Shown here: positions 26,301-37,611 of the stretch, one piece after another
Position numbering within the stretch: position 1 is the first letter of the stretch
Layout: the number at the start of each line of letters is the position of its first letter
NCBI GenBank assembly: GCA_965235115.1
Contig: OZ249436.1
Location: 39,620,001 to 39,684,000, forward strand
Reading direction: 5' to 3'
Source of the DNA: Laetmonice hystrix
Taxonomy: Eukaryota
DNA length: 64,000 bases
Position numbers and translations under genes: made by a program
The notes under the pieces: model-generated
The model's database searches: none
The model's input: only the letters and a program-made list of their open reading frames with translations
What the model was told of the DNA's origin: nothing

Positions 26301-26888
26301 CACACCATGCGGCCACCGCTGAGACTATACCGTCAGCATCTCGTGCTGCCACCCACACCATGCGGCCACCGCTGAGACTATACCGTCAGCATCTCGTGCT
26401 GCCACCCACACCATGCGGCCACCGCTGAGACCATCAGAATCTCGTCCCGCCACCCACACCATGCTGCCACCGCAGAGACCATCAGCATCTCGTCCCGCCA
26501 CCCACACCATGCGGCCACCGCTGAGACTATACCATCAACATCTCGTCCCGCCACCCACACCATGCTGCTACCGCTGAGACTATACCATCAACATCTCGTC
26601 CCGCCACCCACACCATGCTGCCACCGCTGAGACTATACCATCAGCATCTTGTGCTGCCACCCACACCATGCGGCCACCGCTGAGACTATACCATCAGCAT
26701 CTCGTCCCGCCACCCACACCATGCGGCCACCGCTGAGACTATACCATCAGCATCTCGTCCCGCCACCCACACCATGCGGCCACCGCTGAGACTATACCAT
26801 CAGCATCTCGTCCCGCCACCCACACCATGCGGCCACCGCTGAGACTATACCATCAGCATCTCGTGCTGCCACCCATACCATGCCACCG
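23370..26888. repeat. 53-bp C-rich minisatellite, ~66 copies
   Basis: Unit CCGCTGAGACTATACCATCA(A/G)CATCTCGTCCCGCCACCCACACCATGCGGCCA with interspersed variants; two units near 26430 and 26478 lack 5 bp. Confidence 0.99.
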
Positions 26889-26927
26889 AATGATACTCAG
26901 CACTCCCTATATAAGTGGCGACGAATG

Positions 26928-27128
26928 GGGTGAGCATGGCGTGGCGTCGATTAAATCTGTATTAAAGAAGGGTTTGAGTCCTTCCAGTACCATTACCCAT
27001 CTTATTGGCTCTCACCAACTGGGTCGTCAAGGGTTTGTATATCTAACCATGTCTACGCGATCGGGCATATAAAAAAAAACGCTATGCTATATTTCCGAGA
27101 AGACTGAGATTGCCTCCCGGCAGCAGGG
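26928..27128 (+). mobile_element. Diverged tRNA-derived SINE, copy B
   Basis: B-box-like GGGTTTGAGTCC at ~26970 followed by sequence collinear with 20526-20682. Confidence 0.65.
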
Positions 27129-28789
27129 TAATTTTTACGTCAACCTACCGACGTAATGTAGGCCGGTGCGTCAACCTCATCATCATCCCATGGGACTCGC
27201 GGATACAATGTGTCCCACTTGGCCTGGAAAAGTTCAAAACGTACTCCTTTAAATATGGCGGAAATACTATATACCAGGCATCCGCATTCATTACAATATC
27301 GATCATGAAATCTAAGGTACTGAAATAAGAAATCTGTTTACACTTGTCCTTTCATACGAACTGCATCGGCATCATACTTGACAAGGGTAAAGTCTTATGA
27401 ATATGATTGGGCGAAGTAACTTTGAAAAAGTTGGTTATTCTATTGAACTCCTTGGCTTGAAAAATGTTTTTAAATGTATTTTACAAAGCAAACCTGTACC
27501 GTAGATTAAGTACATGTACTTAGCAAATGTTTAGTTTTATTTTTATTTCAGCATACATGTATATGAGTAAAGGTAGTCAGTGATAGGATACAGACCTCAG
27601 CAGTTTTACCAGTGGAACAACTATACCACAATACATGTACACCACATGTGTAATGCCAGAAGGGAAATTCTGACTTTATTCATGCCCTTTTCAAAGTGAA
27701 ATGAAAATTACATTTATTGACAAAAAAAGCTTTCTATAATGATAGGTTTCGTACATGTATACATGTACCCACTGTTGACCTCGTGAGTTTTAATTGATTT
27801 AAAATGCACAAGTATGAGTACATGTATGATAATGAGTAAAAGTATTGCAGCGATCAGTTTCTCGCCGGTGGTCGACCATACAATCTACCATCCCACACAA
27901 AAGTTCCTAATCGTGGTCATTGGCAAATATTCGATATTGTTTGTTGTAATATTTGTTTATGCGAAAAAAACGCATTGAGTTCTTTTTGAACATTTAGGCA
28001 TACAAGCTAACGTTGCAGCATATTAAACTGGATGGCAGGAAGAACCCCAAATGATCTAAAAAGACCCACGCTCCTCCATTGAGTAAAGATCCCAGTGAGG
28101 GTCCAGTACTACAACATATCGAGGATAGTGGTAGACTATAGGATAGAGTATAGATCGCGTCAATGGTACTCTCTACCATGATGTTTTTGCTAAGACCTTG
28201 AAATACAGCATATTTTTCAGTCAAGCTGATAACTGCGACATCTTGTGCATGATTCTGGTATTTTTTAATCCCTGGGTCTGCTGATCGGGACAAAGACCAG
28301 ACGTCTGCTGGCGGGGCCGCACACCTGATTTTGCTGTATCATCACACTCCGGGCTGGAGAAAGCTTGTGTAAATCATTGTCTGGTTACGTCGGAGCCATG
28401 GCCGAAATCTGACGCCAAATAACGAGTGTTAGCAGTGGATGGGGCCGAGTGTTCATTGGGTCATGAATATGGATGGGGCGTTGGATGTGCAGTGATGGGC
28501 TAACACGAGTTTGGCCGTGTCCAGCGGCGCGGCAGAGTCCGACCCTCGGACCCGGGGCCGACCAGTGTCTGCGGACCGGTGCCACAGTGTCGCCCCTCGA
28601 CCGGCGGGTGTGGGTGTGTGACGCGAGGCCTACATCTGGGACTCGTGCTCAAACACAGGCAGACTACCGACAACGTGAAGAAAAAGATCAAATCAAAATG
28701 AGAACGTGCTGACTTTTGGACGCCATTCACGTGTCTGTGACTCTGGCCAGACGGCACAGCCGTCCCCAATGTTTCGGTATCCGGGACGA

Positions 28790-29175
28790 CCATCGGTCCT
28801 TGGTTATATTTTGTTATCCTGCAGTCTTTCAGCACTCGACTGGTGAAATATCCTGTTAGTCCACCATTACGTACTTCGCTGATCATTTAAAATAATGAAA
28901 TGCTGTCTTAAAACATACTTATTTCAACTTTGAAGTCCTGAATCGGGCACAACACGCAAACAGTTATCCAAGCCGGACCGCTGCATTCCTAGGACTTGAA
29001 GAACGTGATGTTGTATTATTTAAACATTTCTTCATAATCCTATCCCTAATCCTAACCTTAACGCTAATCCATTTGTATTTTCTTAATTATATTGTCTTAT
29101 ACCATGAGGTTGATGACCTAGGACCTGCATAACCAAGGAGTCCAGTCGCGGCGGACTTACATTCCGTTCACACCT
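28790..29175. mobile_element. Probable decayed non-autonomous element with an internal telomere-like tract
   Basis: Perfect 11-bp inverted pair TCCTTGGTTAT (28797) / ATAACCAAGGA (29129) enclosing CCTATCCCTAATCCTAACCTTAACGCTAATCC (29039-29070). Boundaries uncertain. Confidence 0.35.
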
Positions 29176-30072
29176 GTTCCCCTTCACCGGCAAAGGCTAG
29201 AGCCGCTGGCCTTCCTACATTTCCATGAATATCAACCCTAGGGGTGGGCGGGGTCTTGTTTTGAGTGGTTATATCGTTAATCCATAGATTCCTTCAACCA
29301 TGAAAGCTACAATGTTGCCGCCTGTTGCCCGATGCCGTTATTGAGATGTGACGGTCATCCATTCATCACGCGTAGGGCTCATGCTAGAAACATTGACTTG
29401 TCATTTCGTTACGGAAGAGACGTGCCGTTAAAACTGCGGGGGAGGGGGGGGGCAGCTTGAATGTCTCTTGACCTTTAGATCGTAATAAAACATTATTAAC
29501 AAAGGTAGGAGGATTTCAGACGACACTGTCGGAAGTCTGAAATGGGCCTTTGTTTCCCCCAATCGATCCGTTCCAACCAACGACCCGGCAAACGACCCGC
29601 ACCCGAACCACTGGAGAGAACCTTTAGTGGTGAAAACGCTGGCCAGCCATTTCATGGAAGCTTAACTTCAACTTCAAGCACAACTTGGACAGTGCCACGA
29701 TAGTGTTGAATACGTTTCGAGAGGGAATCAGAAAAACAAGCCAATCCGTGGCGGTGGAAATTGCTTGAGTTCTCCACCATATTTACAGTCTGGCCAAATT
29801 TGTTTTCTGTGGATTTTTACATTGGTGTTTTAACCTAATGAAGATCAGATTTCGTGACAGATAAATTGGAAGGAATATTTGCTGCAAAAACGTCATGATA
29901 CACAAAATCCAAAACGTGGCGGTAAATTGGCAAGCCTTGGCGTGTATCTTGCTGGAAACTGGCAAATTAAGACGCTGACTTCTCTTTCTGTGATGTGGGA
30001 GATGAAATTAGACATGTCAAGGTCAATTACAAAGGACGACATCAGTTGTGGTGTCACGATTAGTGTCAGCGC

Positions 30073-30085
30073 TGCCACCTGCTGG
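30073..30085 (-). promoter_or_regulatory. CTCF-like core motif CCAGCAGGTGGCA
   Basis: Exact match to the consensus CCASYAGRKGGCR on the minus strand; motif match only. Confidence 0.4.
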
Positions 30086-30774
30086 TCAAAAGGTCGCTGC
30101 TGACTGTTGTCGGGTGCCGTTTCTATCGGGACGTGCTAAGCATGCGCTCGTTACTCTTGCTGAGTTAAACGTCATGCAGATCACCCTGTTCACGTGCGTC
30201 ACGCGCGTGCATCGGACGCCCACGTACGTGAAACGTCTGCTCCATGTCAAGGTTGGATTTGGGGGCGGATCCCTCATGACACAAGTCCCGGTAAAATCCT
30301 CATCACCAATGAGCAGTTACGATTCCTTATGACACGTACCCCTCTAAAGGTTACCATCATAATTCCAGGTCCCGATAAAATTGTAATCTCTAATGACAGC
30401 GTCTCAGGAAAAGTCCCTGTGATAATGATGACCTTGCAGTTCCCAGTAAAAGTTATGACACTTAATGACGAGTTCATGTAGATAACTGTAAAGGTTGCGA
30501 TCCCTAAAATGTCCAGGTCCTAAGTTCCGATGGTAACAATTTGTTGTCTGCGCTCTTCATTGTGAGACAGAAGAGGGGATTTAAAATTACCCGGAAGTTG
30601 CAGAAAGTGGGCAACGAACGCAACTACTACACCTTATTGAACCTATTAAGCGTAAAGTACACCTGAGATATATTTGTGGTGATGAGATCATCATTGTTGA
30701 TCATTAATATAGACCTACTTCCAAGGATGTCACCGGAGTAAACTGCACAGTAGCGGGGTCATCGAAGGGAACGA

Positions 30775-30930
30775 CAGTGGCGGATCCACGGGGGTGGGGT
30801 GGGGTTAGGGAGTTTAACCCCCCCTTGACAGCCATTTTGTCGTTTTTCTCCATTGAACTTTCTGAATTGACCATGCTAATCCCCCCTAAGCCAATTCTCC
30901 TCCTTAACCCCCCCCCCTCCTTACCAAACC
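30775..30930. mobile_element. Truncated CAGTGGCGGATCC-type MITE, related to 40774-41077
   Basis: Left terminus CAGTGGCGGATCCA followed by G runs and TTAACCCCCCC motifs; no intact right terminus found. Confidence 0.4.
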
Positions 30931-30984
30931 GTCCTTTGATTTAAGACGGTGTGATTGAACGAGTCATTCTTTTGTTTTACTGTC

Positions 30985-31417
30985 TATCAACATTGCTGGG
31001 GAGGAAGTTGATACCAACATTGCTGGGGAGGAAGTTGATACCAACATTGCTGGGGAGGAAGTTGATATCAACACTGCTGGGGAGGAAGTTAATATCAACA
31101 TTGCTGGGGAGGAAGTTGATATCAACATTGCTGGGGAGGAAGCTGATATCAACACTGCTGGGGAGGAAGTTGATATCAACATTGCTGGGGAGGAAGTTGA
31201 TATCAACATTGCTGGGGAGGAAGTTGATATTAACATTGCTGGGAGGAAGTTGATATCAACATTGCTGGGGAGGAAGTTGATATCAACATTGCTGGGGAGG
31301 AAGTGGATATCAACATTGCTGGGAGGAAGTTGATATCAACATTACTGGGGAGGAAGTTGATATCAACATTACTGGGGAGGAAATTGATATCAACATTGCT
31401 GGGGAGGAAGTTGATAC
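30985..31417. repeat. 27-bp minisatellite (TATCAACATTGCTGGGGAGGAAGTTGA)n, 16 copies
   Basis: Direct tandem repetition; unit junctions form the palindrome GTTGATATCAAC. Confidence 0.98.
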
Positions 31418-34400
31418 CTTGATTATTTTATCTCAAAAGCGAGGGGATGAACACGCTTTGTAGGATATGAACTCCTAGTTGGTCAAATGCATTATATCAA
31501 GACCATACAGACTCCCTGAGGGGGACCCTTGTTACGCTTAGGGGCTACCTGTCAAAACGTCCTCCGTTTTGGTCTCCGTTTTGGTCCGTTGTGCCCAAAT
31601 ATCTGCAATTGTTGTGCGTAGCGTAACCTGTCTCCGAACACAACATGGGCGGACGTGTTGACGTAACCGATGCTCTGCTTCCTGCTCTTTGGTTCCCTGT
31701 GAGAACCGAAGATGAGCGTGGGACGTGCGTGATCGCCTGTCGTGTTAATGGGTGACGTCCGGTAGGTCTTGCAAACTGTCGGTAAGGTGACGGGGTGACG
31801 GGCATCTGGTGACAGATATGGATGGCAGGTTATGACGAACGGTGGCAGGTCATGACGAACGGTGGCAGGTCGTGGTGTGACTGGAACCATTGCTGACGGG
31901 CTGGAAGCAGCGAGAGGTCACGTCTGACTAGGACATCCTTGGAGACGACTCACACTGTTGCTCACTCAATTAGTGCCTGCTCGAAGTGTAGCTTCATGGA
32001 ACATTTGGATAATTATTTAAAGTGAAATATGTTTATTAACAAAATCAGCAACAACGTTTCAGTTGTAGCCGGCAGAATTATACTGTATTCAATGCCCACA
32101 GATGACAAGACACAGTCTGTCGCTGGACTCGAGTTTATTGAGTAGTATAGCCATTTACAACGTTTTGTGTAATTGTGGAATACTATACAAGTAAGCCAAA
32201 ATGAAAAACTCTGCAATAGGCTACTCCAGGTCCATTTTCTGGACTGGCTGTGAACCATCGAGGCCTCCCCATCTGTGTAGAATTGGGGCCACGCCTGATG
32301 TACCTAAATACTTGGCCCTGTATGGGCCTACAAGTAACCTTCATGTAACATGGTCCGAGAAAGGGCAACCTAACATTGGCGGACCCAAAAGACGAATATA
32401 GGTAGAGTAGAAACGACAGGTTTAAAAACCAACATGGCGACCGACTGGCTAACCCAACCTCGCTTCTCTCGACTCTCACTGCCGCAGACAGTCGGAACGA
32501 CCAAACCATTTCCGGTTTACTTTGCTTTCGGGAAATAGACTCGGATAGTAAAAGTGTAGAAATTCTACGGACATATGGGAATCCGCCGGATGTGTGATGT
32601 GGTCTCTGATCCGGCCGATTTAGTGCAGTCGTAACAGGCTCACATAATTTGATGTAACAATAAGATTTCGGGAGTCTGACTTTTACCATAATGGAGTGCA
32701 GTCGATTCCTTCAATGGAGACTCCCTTGTGTGTTGAATTTCTAAGTGCGGTACAGTATGCGAGCGACAGCCTTCGTTTGCCCTTCAACCTTCGAGAGAAG
32801 CAAGTGGAGACACTCGGGTTTTGTAGGCCTACTATCGCTCGTGCAATATGTTGCCATCGTGTGGGCGCCGCCACTTGGACACTTGTAGCAGTGAGAGTTG
32901 AAGCCACGAAGAGGCTCATGGGAAGGAGTGTGTGGCTAACCTCCCGAGGCTGATGCGTATAGTTACCAAAGAGACACCTGCAGCGCCCTCTATTGACATT
33001 AAATGACGTTGTTCGTACACAACCCTAATGTTTAGCCGTCAAAAATATAAAGAAATGTAAGGGATGGGAATCATATTGCTGCTGTAACAGGACCATGAAC
33101 CAAGTAACTTCTGGCAGCAACTCATTTATGGTGATATAGTACAAAAGTTATGCAGTCTCAAACGTTATGACTTACATTAAAAAACTTAACTAGCTTCCCG
33201 TGCCGTCTGTTCACAGTTTTGATTGCCTGTGATAAACCACCGGGAAGCATTTAACAGTAGTTGGTGATAAAGTGACTGTTAGTCGGAATACATGGTCTCT
33301 ATGCCCATTTGTTGGTAGCTGTAGCCGACAGGACTAATAGTATTGGTGGGTACTCACATAACCTGTACTGTTGGATACTCGTCTTTCAGTCTGACAAGTA
33401 CATCCATAATGGATCATTGCAGTAAGAGAATTCACAAAAATTTTGATATTTCGGTCCAAAAGATGCTCTTAGTACGGTAAATAATGGGGAGAAGTAACAA
33501 ACCTAAGAGGCGAGCCAACTGACAGCCTTTATGTCTTTGTCATATTTAATGCTTAGATATCTGTATTGGGCCGTTTAGAGTGGAAACAAAAGTGAAAATA
33601 GTAAAGATGATACCGGAATAGAGTTAAATGTATTTTATCCTGCCCATATTCAGTTTTCAATGCTCCAGATTCATGCCACACAGTAGATCTACCGTAGTTC
33701 TGCTCGATGTAGGAACCGACTTTCCCTTTTACTATCGTGCTCTTTACAATGCCGTCACTGTGAGCTTGATTAAGGAGCACTTCTTCACTGGGGTAAAGTT
33801 AGTCGCCTCAAGAAACTCCTCTGAGCAGCTCAGATCTGACTCCTTAAGGGAGCCACATTTAACAAAGATCTGGCCATATAATTGGCAGGAAATGGAGCTT
33901 TAATCAGAGCCAGCAAGGGGCAACAAATGCAATTTTTGTCATACGTAATTGAAAAATTATCCCTTTTAATCATGTTAATGATGAGGCTTTAGCATTGCCC
34001 CAGGTATTTTCAAAGCTGGGTGATGGATATAAGGACTTATTTGTGTGGATTGCTCGCTAGATTAATCTATATGTAATGTGCAGGGACGGAAATAGCAGGT
34101 GCGCGGATTTCATAGTTTGGACAGGTGTCATTGTAATAAGGCCCTTTCCATGACAAATGTCGCGGTAGAAGGTATTTGCTGCCAGATTTGGCAACACCTC
34201 CCTTCTTCCTAAATGCCAAGTACCCCTGATGAATCGCCATAGATGATCAAAGCCGAGTGTTTATATACTAATTATCGGTAGGGGTTGGCAAGGGCGGGAA
34301 AATGTGGGGGTGTCGGTCATGAAATTGGTCTTTGTTAAAATCGGCAAGAGATGGAGAAGTACGCGCACGGGAGGGAGCCCCGGGAAATTCTTCCTGTCGG

Positions 34401-35110
34401 TTGTCAAGAGTGAGGCGTAAAGTGGGGAGGAGGGATGATGCATCAGGAGGCTGAGAAACGACCCGTGCTCGCTGTACGCGCATTAGTAAACAACTCGCAA
34501 CAGATCCCTCTTTGTTCTGTGACCGGGGAGCTGGGGAAAACATAGGTCGGATGGATTATGATCTTGTCGTTGTAAATCACAAAAACAAAAACAAATCTTG
34601 CACTTGTAACTTGAATGTATAAATATCCTTAAACATATTAACTATTGCTGTTGACACTGTGGGTGTTGATGGATATATTATAATGTTAGATTACGCTTAT
34701 ATAATGAAAACAAAGATTTTTACTTTTGATGGAATATCACCCGGCTTCATGAAGTTAGATAACAATCTATATGAGAGGTACCAATATAAGTTATCTTTTT
34801 TGCAGGTATGTAAGAGATTCCTCTCCCCGTCACTAATAAAGCTAGTTTCTAAAGGTAAGTGCCCTTTCTTTTTCAAGTTTCGGTTTACCATGTGACATGA
34901 GATGATGTGTCGTGAATGGCTGGCCGGTCGTACAAATTTCACTGACGGCAGGAGTGCAGGCTGAGCCACATGACGCTCTCACTTGCCGCTAGATGTCACT
35001 GCCACGACACCAGTCACCCTGTCGCTGTCTATGAGATATAGTAAGTCAGCCTTGTGCAACGAGAGTCCTTGCCAGTCGTATCAAATATAAATTAATTAAC
35101 GTTTATTGAA

Positions 35111-35240
35111 CCCTCCCTCCCTCCCTCCCTCCCTCCCTCCCTCCCTCCCTCCCTCCCTCCCTCCCTCCCTCCCTCCCTCCCTCCCTCCCTCCCTCCCTCC
35201 CTCCCTCCCTCCCTCCCTCCCTCCCTCCCTCCCTCCCTCC
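35111..35240. repeat. Pure (CCCT)n microsatellite, 130 bp
   Basis: Uninterrupted polypyrimidine tetranucleotide run. Confidence 0.99.
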
Positions 35241-35729
35241 GATTTTGAAATTCTATCAAAATTAGATTTTGAACCTGATGGGAGCATTATTTGCGAGATA
35301 ATATAAACATATTAACGGTAATTAAAGAGACATGCAGGTCTTAAAACTTTTGAACATGAAGGTAGTTTTGAGACATATCGTATGACATCAAGACTCAAAG
35401 CTTCTGTTTTATTTGTGCATGTCGCTGCCGCTATTAAATTAGCTTTATTATGGGTTCGTTATGTTTCCTACGTACAGAATGTGGTACTTTTTGTTAACAG
35501 TATTTGACAGTTAATGCATTGTAATAATAGAGTCAGCAGAAGATGAAAACCTTTTCTCGTATGTTCACAGAACGATACGTTGAAACGGCACAGACGTATG
35601 TCTTTGAAGTTAGTCCCTTAGAGGTGCAATCATGCAATGTTGACTTATTCAGAGGTGGATATTCACATATATTTTTTTCAATTTCTACCTGTGTTTTCTT
35701 CTTATCGTAGAGTACGTCCATAGCATTAA

Positions 35730-36181
35730 AGCAATCAGCGAGGATATATCATTTCAAGGGCTCCAAAATGCAGACATGGGCTGTTAGGTTAGATAAGACC
35801 TTTTGACTACATAAGCTAATAAAAGTATACCCACAGAAATGGAGAAATCTAATGAAATTAAACATTCAAGTTGCCATGGCTCATGGCTGGTTGTTGATCT
35901 GGCATTGACTTGAACAGCCAAGGAAATTCATCGGTTCATCGTCCGAGGCATTTCATTGGCTGTTCAAGTCAGTGCCAGGTCAAGAATTTTGTCAACAACC
36001 AGCCATAAGACGATTGCTTCATACCGACAACAGGAAACTAGAATATTGAATTCCATTAGATTTCTCCATTTCTGTGGGTAAACATTTATTGATTTATGTA
36101 GTCAGTCTAAAGCCGTATCTAACCTAACAGCCCATGTCTACATTTTGGCGTCATTGAAATACTCGATACTCGCTGATTGCT
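35730..36181. mobile_element. Palindromic Kolobok-like MITE (452 bp) with TTAA TSD
   Basis: TTAA|AGCAATCAGCGAG...CTCGCTGATTGCT|TTAA. Arms pair over most of the length (e.g. AGACATGGGCTGTTAGGTTAGATA / TATCTAACCTAACAGCCCATGTCT; ACCCACAGAAATGGAGAAATCTAATG / CATTAGATTTCTCCATTTCTGTGGGT). RR..YY termini with TTAA are typical of Kolobok. Confidence 0.88.
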
Positions 36182-37148
36182 TTAAGTTACAATTGCTGAT
36201 TGCTTTAAGTTACAAACCTCAAAAAAGCATATAAGTTAGAGTTAAATCAGTTCTATATTGATCAGAAATATGGTGTATACTGTAAGATCAGTCCCACATA
36301 CCCGCGTCCAGAGTGCCTGATTGGTGCAGGCATTGTTAAGTTTTACATTAGCCGCTGACCCTCTTGTCACCTATCAACGAACCAGCCTGCCAGGGTTCTG
36401 TCTTACCTGGTTATTTACCTGGCAATTTACCTGGCTGTGAATGGGAGGCCTCTGGTTAATGGGATCGTTAATAACCAGAGAATCTTATGTATTCCTATTG
36501 AAGTTAACGATGTCGTTTTAATAACCAGACCTTAGTAAGACAAGCCTCTCAGAGTCGGATAGTGTGATCAGTCCGGGGGCAACCAGTTGCACGTCACTTC
36601 TACCAAACGTAGACACGCAATTCTCTCCAGGGTGTCTAAAAATATGTATCCATGTAATAATATAACATTCTATATTACATAGGAGGCGAGGAGGTCTAAA
36701 AAGACATGTTTTTATTTTTTTAAATTACGTTATATTCTTAGTGTTTTATATGACACCTCAAGCCCCAAAGACCCAGAAACTGGCTAGGTTCGGTAGTTCG
36801 GTAGTAGAAATATTCGGCAAGTCTCGCTTCGGAAATAAGGTGGAACGGTTGACTTAAAATGCTAAGGAAACTATTTAAATGGTAGCACAGATTTTCATAA
36901 GCAGAGCAATAAAACGTTGATTTTATGTAGCCATTATGTACAGTCTCTCTGTATAGTGGCGGTAGCGAAGATGTAGTGCCGTGAATGTGTTGTGCATTAT
37001 TCTTGGTGACTACAAGCCGGTAGCTAAGTACCAGTGTTAAAGAGGTGTAGCATGAACGTTACAATACGTAACCTCGGGGTGTGGGTTACTACATCAATAT
37101 TCATATTGGAGAGTCACAGTTCTATCATTGGGTGGATGGGGGTGGGGT

Positions 37149-37611
37149 GGGGTGACCGCAAACGGTGATATGGGGAGAGGGTGACCGCAAACGGTGACAT
37201 GGGGAGGGGGTGACCGCAAACGGTGACATGGGGGGGTGACCGCAAACGGTGACATGGGGAGGGGGTGACCGCAAACGGTGACATGGGGGGTGACCGCAAA
37301 CGGTGACATGGGGAGGGGGTGACCGCAAACGGTGACATGGGGAGGGGGTGACCGCAAACGGTGACATGGGGGGGGGGGGGTGACCGCAAACGGTGACATG
37401 GGGAGGGGTGACCACAAACGGTGACATGGGGAGGGGGTGACCGCAAACGGTGACATGGGGAGGGGGTGACCGCAAAAGGTGACATGGGGAGGGGTGACCG
37501 CAAACGGTGACATGGGGAGGGGTGACCACAAACGGTGACATGGGGAGGGGGTGACCACAAACGGTGACATGGGGAGGGGTGACCACAAACGGTGACATGG
37601 GGAGGGGGTGA
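37149..37611. repeat. ~29-bp G-rich minisatellite (GGGTGACCGCAAACGGTGACATGGGGAGG)n, ~16 copies
   Basis: Tandem repetition with a variable-length G run. Confidence 0.97.

Noticed and set aside
12345..26888. Large arrays as CRISPR or true telomere
   Set aside because: There are no unique spacers or cas genes, and TTAGGG is embedded once per unit rather than tandem.
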